From Candidatus Cloacimonadales bacterium (lineage in GTDB: Bacteria > Cloacimonadota > Cloacimonadia > Cloacimonadales > JAFGVF01), in the NCBI GenBank assembly GCA_963663475.2, contig CAXXJV010000001.1, positions 2,368,001 through 2,432,000 on the forward strand: a stretch of 64,000 nt of DNA, read 5' to 3'. This document shows positions 19,746 through 29,364 of this stretch, one piece after another. Each line of letters starts with the position of its first letter. The stretch's first letter is position 1. The notes below the pieces were generated by a model. It did no database searches, was not told where the DNA came from, and saw only the letters and a list, made by a program, of their open reading frames with translations. The position numbers were made by a program, and so were the translations under genes.

Positions 19746-20591
19746 TTAGAACAATTTATAGGTTAAAGATAAACCTGAAGTCTGTTTGAATCTTCCAGTA
19801 TAATCAATTTCTTTATCATATAGAAGTTGAGTATAAACATTGAATGAAAGATATTTGTATAATTGGATACTGACTTCGTTTGTCCATTCTATATCAATTT
19901 GCTTCCAGTCATCATTACCCTCTAAAGCTTCATCTTCTTCTGAGTTGAAAAAAGCTTGGAATAAGAAAAGATTAGAAGTAAATTTTGTTCTTTCTAATGG
20001 GCAAACCCACATGAATTCAGTCACAGATTCAGCACCACCATCTATCATAGGGGCTATACCATAAACATAATTTTCTCTCATAAGAAGACCGGCTCTGGTA
20101 TTTAGAGCTAAACGTTCTTCTTCAAGTATGATTTTAGCAGCACCAATACCTTGAGAGAATCTTGCAGGATCTAAAGCTCTCTTACTTTCACCTTCGAAAA
20201 CAGTTTCAAGTCTGAGTGAAACATAAGGATCTACCCAGCCATCAAAGGTTAATAAGCCTAATGATAAGAAATCAATTTCATCATCTGATTTCCTGGGAGC
20301 TTGCCAACCTGGAGCTTGCATACCTTGTTCATCTTTTTCTGTATCATATATTTGACCAAATTTTAGTTTCAAAGTATTCATAGATCTGAACCAGTATAAT
20401 AATTGCTTATTTGCTGTCATATTTCCTTGAATCAACCAATTAATATTAGATTCTTCTTCACCATCCCAATTATCAGTATAGTAACTTTGAGATAAGGTCC
20501 CTTTTACATCAAAAGAATATTCCCATCTTTCTTGAGCTACTATAGTCCCTAATAACATTGTGATTAATGCAATAAATAGAATTTTCTTCAT
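19746..20591 (-). CDS. Outer-membrane beta-barrel protein (DUF3078/DUF481-like)
   Basis: Signal peptide; SQSYYTDNWDG, LKFGQ, KSDDEID, LLYD, C-terminal LSLTYKLF. Confidence 0.7.
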   Translation of the reverse strand: MKKILFIALITMLLGTIVAQERWEYSFDVKGTLSQSYYTDNWDGEEESNINWLIQGNMTANKQLLYWFRSMNTLKLKFGQIYDTEKDEQGMQAPGWQAPRKSDDEIDFLSLGLLTFDGWVDPYVSLRLETVFEGESKRALDPARFSQGIGAAKIILEEERLALNTRAGLLMRENYVYGIAPMIDGGAESVTEFMWVCPLERTKFTSNLFLFQAFFNSEEDEALEGNDDWKQIDIEWTNEVSIQLYKYLSFNVYTQLLYDKEIDYTGRFKQTSGLSLTYKLF

Positions 20592-20594
20592 TTT

Positions 20595-21797
20595 TTACTC
20601 CTTTAGTGTTTTAATGTAAGAAGTATAGAATGCAGTTGCCTTCCATAAATCTTCTCTTTTCACCTTTTCATTTGGTGCATGTGCTTGATCTTCATCACCA
20701 GGTCCAAATCCTAAACATTTGATTTCAGGATGTTTACCCATAATGAAAACACAGTTAGTACTAAAAGTCCACTTATCAACAAGTGGCTCGTTATTAAATA
20801 TAGAGGAATATCCCTTTTTTGCAACTTTTAAATATTTAGAATCTTCACTCAAAACCCAAGTTGGATAGTATTTTTCTACTGGATATATTTTACCAGTGTA
20901 TGCTTTCTCTTTGTATTCCAGAACCTTAACTTCTGCATCTGGATAACCAGCTAAAGCACAACATTCTTTAAGCTCATTTACAGCTATTTCTTTAGTTTCT
21001 CCATCAGTTAATCTTCTATCACATTGAAGATAAACGTAGTCAGATACTGCACATTGAGATGGAGAATCTGATTTCATCACAGATACTGTAATAGTTCCTT
21101 TGCCTAGGAAATCATCATGTTTCAATCTTTCATTTAATTTTTCAATCTCTAAGGCGATACGAGACATTTTATAGATTGCATTATCGCCTCTTTCTGGAGC
21201 AGAACCATGACATGATATACCCTTAACTTCAATAGATATCTCCATTCTTCCCCTATGACCTCTGTAAATATTACAGCTTGTAGGTTCTGTACTTATTACA
21301 AGTTCTGGCTTAATTCCATCTTCTAAAATTAAATGTTCCCATGCTATGCCATCACAATCTTCTTCCATCACAGTTCCTGTAATAAGGACAGTAAAGTCTT
21401 CAAGAAGATCGTATTTTTTCATCAACCAACCAGCATAAACCATGGAAGCAAGTCCACTCTTTTGATCAGAAGTACCTCTTCCATATACATAAGTATCATC
21501 AATTTCACCACTATAAGGTTCTCTATCCCAGTTAGCAAGATTTCCCTCATAGACAGTATCTATATGAGCATCAATTGCAATTAGTCTTGGTCCGGAACCA
21601 ATTCTACCGATAATAGAACCTAGTTGGTCAATCCTGACTTCATCATAACCTAATTTTTCCATTTCTTCTTTGATTAAGAGGACAACTTCTTTCTCTGTTC
21701 CTGAATGTGATCTACATTTTATTAATCTACTTAAAAAATCTGCAATTTGTGGTTCTATTTCTTGTGATTCTTTTAAAATATTTTCATAGCTTATCAT
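20595..21797 (-). CDS. ygeY: YgeY-family M20 metallohydrolase
   Basis: DAHIDTV, GRGTSDQK, VMEEDCDG, YRGHRGR, SCHGSAPERGDNAIYKM, DKWTFSTN, AHAPNE. Confidence 0.95.
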   Translation of the reverse strand: MISYENILKESQEIEPQIADFLSRLIKCRSHSGTEKEVVLLIKEEMEKLGYDEVRIDQLGSIIGRIGSGPRLIAIDAHIDTVYEGNLANWDREPYSGEIDDTYVYGRGTSDQKSGLASMVYAGWLMKKYDLLEDFTVLITGTVMEEDCDGIAWEHLILEDGIKPELVISTEPTSCNIYRGHRGRMEISIEVKGISCHGSAPERGDNAIYKMSRIALEIEKLNERLKHDDFLGKGTITVSVMKSDSPSQCAVSDYVYLQCDRRLTDGETKEIAVNELKECCALAGYPDAEVKVLEYKEKAYTGKIYPVEKYYPTWVLSEDSKYLKVAKKGYSSIFNNEPLVDKWTFSTNCVFIMGKHPEIKCLGFGPGDEDQAHAPNEKVKREDLWKATAFYTSYIKTLKE

Positions 21798-21798
21798 T

Positions 21799-23115
21799 TT
21801 ATAATCTCTCCCATAATTTTTTTGCTAGTTCACGTGAATGTTTGTTTATATGATGTTGATCAATGAAATCTTCAAACTGATTATTATGCCATAAAATCTT
21901 TCCATTAGATATGGTAGTTGAAACATTTGCCTCAGCAATACCAAAGACTATATGGCCATAGACATTATCCTTATTCAAAGGCGTGATAGGATCGTAATCA
22001 AGAATAATTAAATCTGCAAAATTCCCTTCTTTAATTAAACCAAATTTATCAGTATCCCATAATCTATTAGCTATTGCTGCATTATTTTCTAAGAGTGTTG
22101 AAGCAATTTCCATAAAGCCACAGGAAGGATTGTTTTGCTTAATATGCTGTAACCAGAGAGCAATTCTCATTTCATTACCCATATTATTTGTCATAGCATC
22201 TGTGCCTAGTCCTACTAAAATACCATCATTAATCTGTTTAAGAACATTAGAAATTCCCACAGCATTATTGAGATTAGATTCAGGATTATGTACGATAATA
22301 CCCTGATTTTCTTTTATGATAGCTCTATCAGTATCAGAAATATTCACGCAATGTGCTAAGATTGATTTTTCATTAACAATACCAAATTTTGCCAATCTTT
22401 CTACTACCGACATACCATATTTAGCTTGAGCATCAACTTCATCTGCCTTATCTTCCGAAACATGAATATGATAACCATAAGCTTGAGTATTCTTAGTAAC
22501 AATCTCTTTAAGGGTATCATCTGAAAGAGTAAAAGAAGCGTGAAGTCCTATCAAACCAGTAATATCTGGATTATTATTCTCTTGGATAAAGGAGAAGTTT
22601 TCTAAGATGCCAGCATCTTTAATATCTTGACCATCGCGGTCAGAAATCTCATAACACAAAGAGGCTTTAACACCCATTCTTTCAACAGCCTTAGCAATTT
22701 CAGGCAAAGAATTTGTTACAGCATAAGGGCTAGCATGGTGGTCTATGAAAGTAGTAACACCTTTTTTAATTCCATCCATAATAGCAGTTAATGCACTATA
22801 ATGACTATCCTCTAAGAGAAGTTTCTTATCTAGACGCCACCACATGTTTTCTAGTACTTCTACAAAATTATCAGAAGCTGCTATACCACCAATACCTTTA
22901 GCAAAAGAACTATAAAAATGAGTATGAGCATTTATATATCCAGGCATAACTATCTTATATTTAGCATCAATTACTCTATCAAAAGCATCTTCATTAAGTT
23001 TATCCTTGTTGATACTTTTTATATATTTTCCATCAATCTCTATATTGCTATTTTCCAATAAGATATTACTTTTATCTAAAGTAATTACTCTTGCATTCTT
23101 AATTAATATTTTCAT
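21799..23115 (-). CDS. ssnA: SsnA-family aminohydrolase
   Basis: INAHTHFYS, LENMWWRLD, DHHASP, CYEISDRDG, GLHASFT, HNPESNLNNAVG; start 23115 overlaps the upstream stop (TAATG). Confidence 0.93.
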   Translation of the reverse strand: MKILIKNARVITLDKSNILLENSNIEIDGKYIKSINKDKLNEDAFDRVIDAKYKIVMPGYINAHTHFYSSFAKGIGGIAASDNFVEVLENMWWRLDKKLLLEDSHYSALTAIMDGIKKGVTTFIDHHASPYAVTNSLPEIAKAVERMGVKASLCYEISDRDGQDIKDAGILENFSFIQENNNPDITGLIGLHASFTLSDDTLKEIVTKNTQAYGYHIHVSEDKADEVDAQAKYGMSVVERLAKFGIVNEKSILAHCVNISDTDRAIIKENQGIIVHNPESNLNNAVGISNVLKQINDGILVGLGTDAMTNNMGNEMRIALWLQHIKQNNPSCGFMEIASTLLENNAAIANRLWDTDKFGLIKEGNFADLIILDYDPITPLNKDNVYGHIVFGIAEANVSTTISNGKILWHNNQFEDFIDQHHINKHSRELAKKLWERL

Positions 23116-25577
23116 TAGCTTCTTGCCTCCTCTGGACTTCTTTGACGCATGAATAGGGCTCCGCTGAAACACTTTTGCACGCATATGGAGCAACCAATAC
23201 ATTTACTTGCGTCTGTAACTGGTATTTTGTCTTCATTTAATGTGATAGCTAGATATGGACATCTGCTACAGTTTCCACAATGTTCACATAAATCAGGGTC
23301 AACATCTGAGATTCTCTTTACAGGAGAGATATCCATGAAATCTAGTATTGGACTAGGGAGTGCTACACCTATTAAGTCATCGATACTTTTCATACCTCTA
23401 TCTTTCATCATATAAGCTAAGCCTTGTTCTAAATCTTTAATAACCCCTACTCCATCTTTCATTACTGCAGTACAGAACTGAACTGTCTTACAGCCTAAAG
23501 CAAGGAAATCAGCAGCATCTTTATAGTTCATAGTTCCTCCGTTGCCAGAGATTGTCAGGCCTAAAGGAGCTGCTTTTGATAGGGTAAGATTAGAAATATA
23601 CTTAACAGAATCTCCAGACATACCTACCATTATTCCATCTTCCCATTCCTCTTTAACATCTTTTCTGAAAGCAACACTTGGGAAGGAGTTCGCTAGAGTT
23701 ATACCTGCTTTTTTATTAGAGTATTTGGCAAAAACTTGCTTAATTGCTTCTAAAATAGGAACAATTGAAGTTACTGCTCCAGTTAGTTTGAAAAGTTTAG
23801 GGATTTCAGAATCAGAAACCTCTAATACCCAATCTATCACTTTAGCGGCTAGTTCTGCATTTTGTGAGACAATATCGCCTTCAGTTCCATCTCCACCTTG
23901 AGGACATGATAAACTATACTCAACACCATGAACTTTAGCAGAATCTATAAGCTTAGTATTTGCTTGCCATACAGCCTTATCTTCCTCATCATGACCTGTT
24001 ACTGGTCCACCAGTAGATACTATAGTTAACCTATCTGGGAATTCAGTAATAATGTTCTTAGCATTAGCCAGTACTTTTCTTAGTGGTACTTCAGAAACAT
24101 TATCGCAGTTAGCATAGGTTTCTTGGTTAAACTCGAACATATAATCGTGTGGGATATGGATATCTAAATCATCAAAAGCAGTTTTCATAACAGCTCCAGC
24201 CCAACCAGCCTCATATGCTTTTTTAACTTGGTCATAACCATCAGAAGGTGGTGCAGCTGAAAGAATAAATGGTGATATCATTTCTCTTCCAAAGAAGTCT
24301 GCCTTTATGGAAACATCTTTTGTATAAGTATCTTTGAGCCCCAAATATGATTTAACATGTTTATCAGGTATTTCTGCATCAATGCTTTGTCCGAAACTTC
24401 TTAGAACTTCAACAGCACAGTTGCGACCACTAGCTACAGCTTCCACAACTGTTGTAGCATTATTTCTTAAATCACCACATTTAAAAACTTTACCCTTAGC
24501 AATGTCATTTTCAATACTGGATCTACTACCAACTGCAAAAATAACATAATCGTAAAAATCAGAGTGAAACTCGGTATTAGCTATTTTTTCAATCTTAGAT
24601 AAGTCAAAGTCTCTACCATGTAGTTTTACTCTTTGGCAATGAAGCTTTAAGCCATTTTCATCAGACTCTATTTCTTTAACAATAGTTCTAAAATAATTTC
24701 CAAAATTATTGTTAAGTAACTCTTTTTGCTCTTTTGAATCTAATCTCATTTCAGATAAATTCTCTAAAGTGAAGAAATCAACAACTTCAGCACCACTATT
24801 GACTGCTTTCATACCACAGTCCATTGCTACTGCTCCCCCACCTATAATAGCATATCTGGAATTGTCTTCTAGTTTTGCTAGACTCAAGAATGACTTCCAA
24901 TCATGAGCTAACTCTTTGCCATGAATGTTTAGTTTTATGGCTTGATCTTGACCACTAGCTAGAATAACTGCATCATACATTTCAGCAAACTTATCTAAAT
25001 CCATAATATTTGTTTTGTTATAAACTCTGATATTATCATGATTTATTGCCTGATTAATATCACTTTCCAAAACTTCTTTATTGAGTCTGTATTCTGGAAT
25101 AAAATCACACATACCACCTAAAATATCTTCTCTTTCAAAGATATCAACATTTACTCCATACTGAGCTAAAATATTAGCACATCCTATACCTGAAGGTCCT
25201 CCACCAATAATACCCACTTTCTTTTTTATAGATTCATTTTGCTGGAATTCTGGTTTAAAACCTAAGTCTTTACCCATCTGGATAATCTTAGCTTGTACAT
25301 CAGGAATTTTAATGGGGTTATCAAAAGTTTGTCTGGAACAGGCTGCCATACAATGATAATCTGGACAGACAGAACCACAGATTCCTCCTAGAATATTTTT
25401 TGATAAAATAATTGTAGAAGCTCTTTTTATATCGCTATCAGCCCCATTTTTTACCGCTTTGATAAATTCAGCAGGTGAGCAAGAAACTGGGCAAGCATCC
25501 ATACAAGGCATTTCTTCACAGTAGACACATCTATCTACTTCATTTTTAAATTGGGCATCAGTTAAAAATTTATACAT
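23115..25577 (-). CDS. Single-chain dihydropyrimidine-dehydrogenase-like flavo-Fe-S reductase (GltD/PreT-like + FMN barrel + 2x[4Fe-4S])
   Basis: N-terminal RCVYCEEMPCMDACP and CGSVCP...C; GGGPSG and GGGAVAMD Rossmann motifs; AGWAGAVMKT, SLSCPQG, ISGNGG, VQFCT; C-terminal CxxCxxCxxC and CxxCxxCxxxC; ATG 25577 has an AGAGAGG RBS. Confidence 0.85.
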   Translation of the reverse strand: MYKFLTDAQFKNEVDRCVYCEEMPCMDACPVSCSPAEFIKAVKNGADSDIKRASTIILSKNILGGICGSVCPDYHCMAACSRQTFDNPIKIPDVQAKIIQMGKDLGFKPEFQQNESIKKKVGIIGGGPSGIGCANILAQYGVNVDIFEREDILGGMCDFIPEYRLNKEVLESDINQAINHDNIRVYNKTNIMDLDKFAEMYDAVILASGQDQAIKLNIHGKELAHDWKSFLSLAKLEDNSRYAIIGGGAVAMDCGMKAVNSGAEVVDFFTLENLSEMRLDSKEQKELLNNNFGNYFRTIVKEIESDENGLKLHCQRVKLHGRDFDLSKIEKIANTEFHSDFYDYVIFAVGSRSSIENDIAKGKVFKCGDLRNNATTVVEAVASGRNCAVEVLRSFGQSIDAEIPDKHVKSYLGLKDTYTKDVSIKADFFGREMISPFILSAAPPSDGYDQVKKAYEAGWAGAVMKTAFDDLDIHIPHDYMFEFNQETYANCDNVSEVPLRKVLANAKNIITEFPDRLTIVSTGGPVTGHDEEDKAVWQANTKLIDSAKVHGVEYSLSCPQGGDGTEGDIVSQNAELAAKVIDWVLEVSDSEIPKLFKLTGAVTSIVPILEAIKQVFAKYSNKKAGITLANSFPSVAFRKDVKEEWEDGIMVGMSGDSVKYISNLTLSKAAPLGLTISGNGGTMNYKDAADFLALGCKTVQFCTAVMKDGVGVIKDLEQGLAYMMKDRGMKSIDDLIGVALPSPILDFMDISPVKRISDVDPDLCEHCGNCSRCPYLAITLNEDKIPVTDASKCIGCSICVQKCFSGALFMRQRSPEEARS

Positions 25578-27885
25578 ATAAACCTCTCTTTTTAATATCT
25601 TCAATTGCCAACAAGACAGCTTCCGGAGTTGCTGGCATTTTTAGCTTAATAGTTTCCGGAGACTTAGTTACATAACTTATAGCATTCATTATTGAGAACC
25701 AACCTGCTAAGCCATAAAGGAAAGGTGGTTCTCCCACAGCCTTAGACCCAAGAACACTTGCCTGAGATCTTTCTTTATTTACTTGTTTTACCACGAAATT
25801 TGAACAAACATCACTCATAGTTGGAATTTTATAGGTTGAAGGAGTAGTTGCCATACTTTCTCCTTTGTCATTATATCTTACTTCTTCCATTGTACAATAG
25901 CCTAATCCTTGAACCGTAGCTCCATATATTTGACCTAAATCAATCTCTTTGTTAATAGGAATTCCATTGTCATGAGCAATATAAATTGATTCAAAACTAT
26001 ATTCCCCAGTTAGGATATCAACTTCAGAGACTATTAAGCTCGCGCCATAAACGAAATAATAAAAGGGATTTCCCTTATTTGTAATTTTATCAAAATGTAT
26101 ATCTGGAGTCTTATAAAAACTATGTTCTCCAAGATCAATTCTATTCATATAAGCATAGTGGGCAAGTTCTTTAAAAGTAATTTTCTCATTAGGAAAGTTA
26201 CTAGAATAAACCATATTATCAGCAAAAACAATATCTGTTTCTTGAGTTTGTATTTGATATTTCTCTATTAGTAAATCTACAGCAGCTTTTCTTAATCTAG
26301 CTTTCAAGTTTTCGCTAGCTTGTCTAGCAGCATTTCCATTTAAATCAGAACCTGAAGAAGCTGCAGTAGGAGATGAGTTCCCCACTCTTTTAGTGTTAGT
26401 ACTTTCGCTTCTAACATTATCAATAGAGATACCTAGAGTTTCACTAACAATTGTAGCAACCTTAGTATATAATTGTTGGCCCATTTCAATCCCGCCATGA
26501 CTGAGAGATATAGAGCCATCTGAATATATCCAGATTAAGGCTGATCCTTGGTTTAGGAAAGTAGCGGTAAAAGAGATACCAAATTTACCTGTAACAATAC
26601 CTATTCCTTTCTTTTTATACCTATGCTTCTTATTGAAGTCATTGATTTCAGCTTTTAATTTTTTATAATTAGAAATTGCTTCAAGTTCTTCTAACATCTC
26701 TAAGCCTAAGGCTTCTTTAACTTCCATTCCGTATTGGGTTGTTTGACCTACCCTATAAACATTCTTCTTCCTAATCTCTAGCAAATCCATTCCTAAGGAA
26801 TAAGCAACTTTCTCTAAGGCTAGTTCAGTAGTAATAATTGACTGGGGAGCTCCAAAACCTCGAAAAGCAGTATTAGAAGGCAAATTAGTCCTGTAAGCAG
26901 TTCCTGTAACATGCATTTTAGGGATATAATAACCGCTATCAGAATGAAGTAAACCTCTTTCTAGAATTGCGAATGATAAATCTATATAAGCACCACCATT
27001 TGCCTTTAAGTCTAGCCTATAGTCTAACAACTTTCCTGATTTATTGAATTTTATAGTATAATCATTAACAAACTCATGTCTCTTACCAGTCCAACTAATA
27101 TCATCTTTTCTCTCAAGAGCTAAATACACAGGTTTTTTGAGATTATAAGCTGCAATAGTAGTAATGCCTGCCCAGAGGGTTGCTTGTGCTTCCTTACCTC
27201 CAAAAGCTCCTCCTAACCTTCTCACATCAACAGTAATGTAATTAGAAGATACTCCTAGTAGTCTGGCACATATTTCCTGAACTTCTGAAACAGCTTGTGT
27301 AGAGCTATAGACAGTAAAGTAGCCATTCTCTTCACAATTAACAAAGCATCTTTGTGTTTCAAAATAAAAATGCTCCTGAGCTCCAACTGTTAATTGACCT
27401 GATATTACTTTTAGATCTTCTTCTTGGTCTGGGAAATTGTCTATTCTTTGGAATAGCCTTGTTGGGCCATATTCAGTTTTAGCTTCCACTGCTTGCTGAA
27501 CTTTAAGAATTGCCTTCAAATCTTGGTATTCTACTTTTATTTTTCTACTCAAACTAATAGCAGATTCTAAAGTCTTAGCTACCACAATAGCAATAGGTTC
27601 CCCAACATAATTTACTTGATTTTCAGCTAAAAGAGGTTGCTGGTCACCATTTCCATGAGCAATATTATTTTCTCCAGGAAGGTCTTTATATGTTAAAAGC
27701 TTAACAAAGTTGGGATTATCTTCAATAGCCTGACAATCTATACTAAGTATTTTAGCTTTTGCCTTAGAACTTACCAGTGGATAAGCATATAGGCATTCAG
27801 CTACTCCTTGGGCAATATTCTCAACAAAAGTAGAAGAGCCTTTAACATGTAATTTTCCTGAGAGGTGTTTTGAATTAACTTTCAT
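25570..27885 (-). CDS. xdhB: Xanthine dehydrogenase molybdopterin-binding subunit
   Basis: QEHFYFETQ, RLGGAFGGKE, SNTAFRGFG, KFGISFT, HGGIEMGQ, SPTAASSGSDLNG, SKAVGEPP. Confidence 0.93.
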   Translation of the reverse strand: MKVNSKHLSGKLHVKGSSTFVENIAQGVAECLYAYPLVSSKAKAKILSIDCQAIEDNPNFVKLLTYKDLPGENNIAHGNGDQQPLLAENQVNYVGEPIAIVVAKTLESAISLSRKIKVEYQDLKAILKVQQAVEAKTEYGPTRLFQRIDNFPDQEEDLKVISGQLTVGAQEHFYFETQRCFVNCEENGYFTVYSSTQAVSEVQEICARLLGVSSNYITVDVRRLGGAFGGKEAQATLWAGITTIAAYNLKKPVYLALERKDDISWTGKRHEFVNDYTIKFNKSGKLLDYRLDLKANGGAYIDLSFAILERGLLHSDSGYYIPKMHVTGTAYRTNLPSNTAFRGFGAPQSIITTELALEKVAYSLGMDLLEIRKKNVYRVGQTTQYGMEVKEALGLEMLEELEAISNYKKLKAEINDFNKKHRYKKKGIGIVTGKFGISFTATFLNQGSALIWIYSDGSISLSHGGIEMGQQLYTKVATIVSETLGISIDNVRSESTNTKRVGNSSPTAASSGSDLNGNAARQASENLKARLRKAAVDLLIEKYQIQTQETDIVFADNMVYSSNFPNEKITFKELAHYAYMNRIDLGEHSFYKTPDIHFDKITNKGNPFYYFVYGASLIVSEVDILTGEYSFESIYIAHDNGIPINKEIDLGQIYGATVQGLGYCTMEEVRYNDKGESMATTPSTYKIPTMSDVCSNFVVKQVNKERSQASVLGSKAVGEPPFLYGLAGWFSIMNAISYVTKSPETIKLKMPATPEAVLLAIEDIKKRGLYV

Positions 27886-29350
27886 CAGTCACCTCCATTT
27901 TAAATTTATATAAATGTTTGAAAACATGGTTCCTAATTAATATCTGACGGTACTCAGCTGATCCTCTAATATCACTAATAGGAGTGAACTCATCAGCAAC
28001 TTTATCTGCGACAGAGCCCATATCTATATCTTTTATATGCTTACCTCTTATTTCTAAAGCGATACTTAAAGCTAATTTTGGGTAAGCAGCAACTCCCCCA
28101 AAAGAAAATCGACTTACATTAACAACACCATTATCGTGTTCAATATAGGCAAAGGAGCAGACTGACGATATATCTAATGTCTTTCTCTTAGCAGACTTTT
28201 CAAAATTATAATAACCAGTAATATGTAGCGGAATTATAATCTCTTTTATAAACTCATGTTTTTTCAGAACAGTTTCCTTATAACCCTTGTAGAATTGATC
28301 AATTGAGACTTGCCTTTCTCCCTCATTTCCAAAGAGTATTAATCTAGCATTGAGACCAATTAAAGCTGTAGCACAATCTCCAACTGGTGAAGCATTACCA
28401 ACATTGCCTCCAATTGATGCTATATTTCTTATTTGCTTACTTGCCATTTTACTTGCAACATGGGCAAGACAAGGAAGATGTTGATTAACTAGACTATTTG
28501 TCCTGATTTCCTCTAAAGGAGTTGAGGCACCAATAACTAAATAGTCTCCTTGATATTTTATTTCTTTCATTCCAGGTATGAAACTAATATCTAGATAATT
28601 TTTAAAATAAGTTCGTCTGAGATTACCAACTACATATAAGTCTGTCCCCCCAGAAATAACCTTAATAGTTCCTTTACCTGAAAGCTTGTTAATTACTTCT
28701 TGGTATTTACTTAATGACTTAATTAGATAATAACCTTGAACACCTCTTTCAGAAATAGACTGTTCATTAGTCTCTAAATCATTTATTTTAGCTAGTTCTG
28801 CAAGTGTCTTATTAGCACCAACTAGTTTTGCTGGAAATAAATTATCATGATTATTAGTAAAATACTTTATAATCTCTAAAGCACCTTTAATTATATGAAC
28901 ATAACCTGTACATCTGCATAAGTTACCATTCAAAGATTCTTTCAAATCCTCTTCATTATAAGAATCATTCTCGGCTAAATAAGCAAAGATAGACATAACT
29001 ATTCCAGGTGTACAAAAACCGCATTGAGTGCTATAATTGTTATAAAGTATTTCTTGTATTGGGTGAAGCTGGTCTGCACCATCTGTTAAACCCTCAACTG
29101 TTATTACATGCTTATTTAAAATCTTCTCTGCTGGATATAAACATGAATTTACTGCCCTGTAGGAGATTTTGCCTTTTACATATTCACTTATTGTTACTGT
29201 GCAAGCCCCACAGTCTCCTTCATTGCAAACGGATTTGGTTCCATTTAATTTATATTCATCTCTTATAACTTCTAACAAGGTGGTAGAGGGAGTCACTTCT
29301 AAAGTCTTAACTTCCCCATTCAAAACGAATTTAATAATATTTGTTTGCAT
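27875..29350 (-). CDS. xdhA: Xanthine dehydrogenase Fe-S/FAD subunit
   Basis: CNEGDCGACTV, TQCGFCTPG, GNLCRCTGY, GGTDL, ASKQIRNIASIGGN, DISSV, PISDIRGSAEYR. Confidence 0.93.
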   Translation of the reverse strand: MQTNIIKFVLNGEVKTLEVTPSTTLLEVIRDEYKLNGTKSVCNEGDCGACTVTISEYVKGKISYRAVNSCLYPAEKILNKHVITVEGLTDGADQLHPIQEILYNNYSTQCGFCTPGIVMSIFAYLAENDSYNEEDLKESLNGNLCRCTGYVHIIKGALEIIKYFTNNHDNLFPAKLVGANKTLAELAKINDLETNEQSISERGVQGYYLIKSLSKYQEVINKLSGKGTIKVISGGTDLYVVGNLRRTYFKNYLDISFIPGMKEIKYQGDYLVIGASTPLEEIRTNSLVNQHLPCLAHVASKMASKQIRNIASIGGNVGNASPVGDCATALIGLNARLILFGNEGERQVSIDQFYKGYKETVLKKHEFIKEIIIPLHITGYYNFEKSAKRKTLDISSVCSFAYIEHDNGVVNVSRFSFGGVAAYPKLALSIALEIRGKHIKDIDMGSVADKVADEFTPISDIRGSAEYRQILIRNHVFKHLYKFKMEVTDES

Positions 29351-29364
29351 AAATTCTCTCTTTT

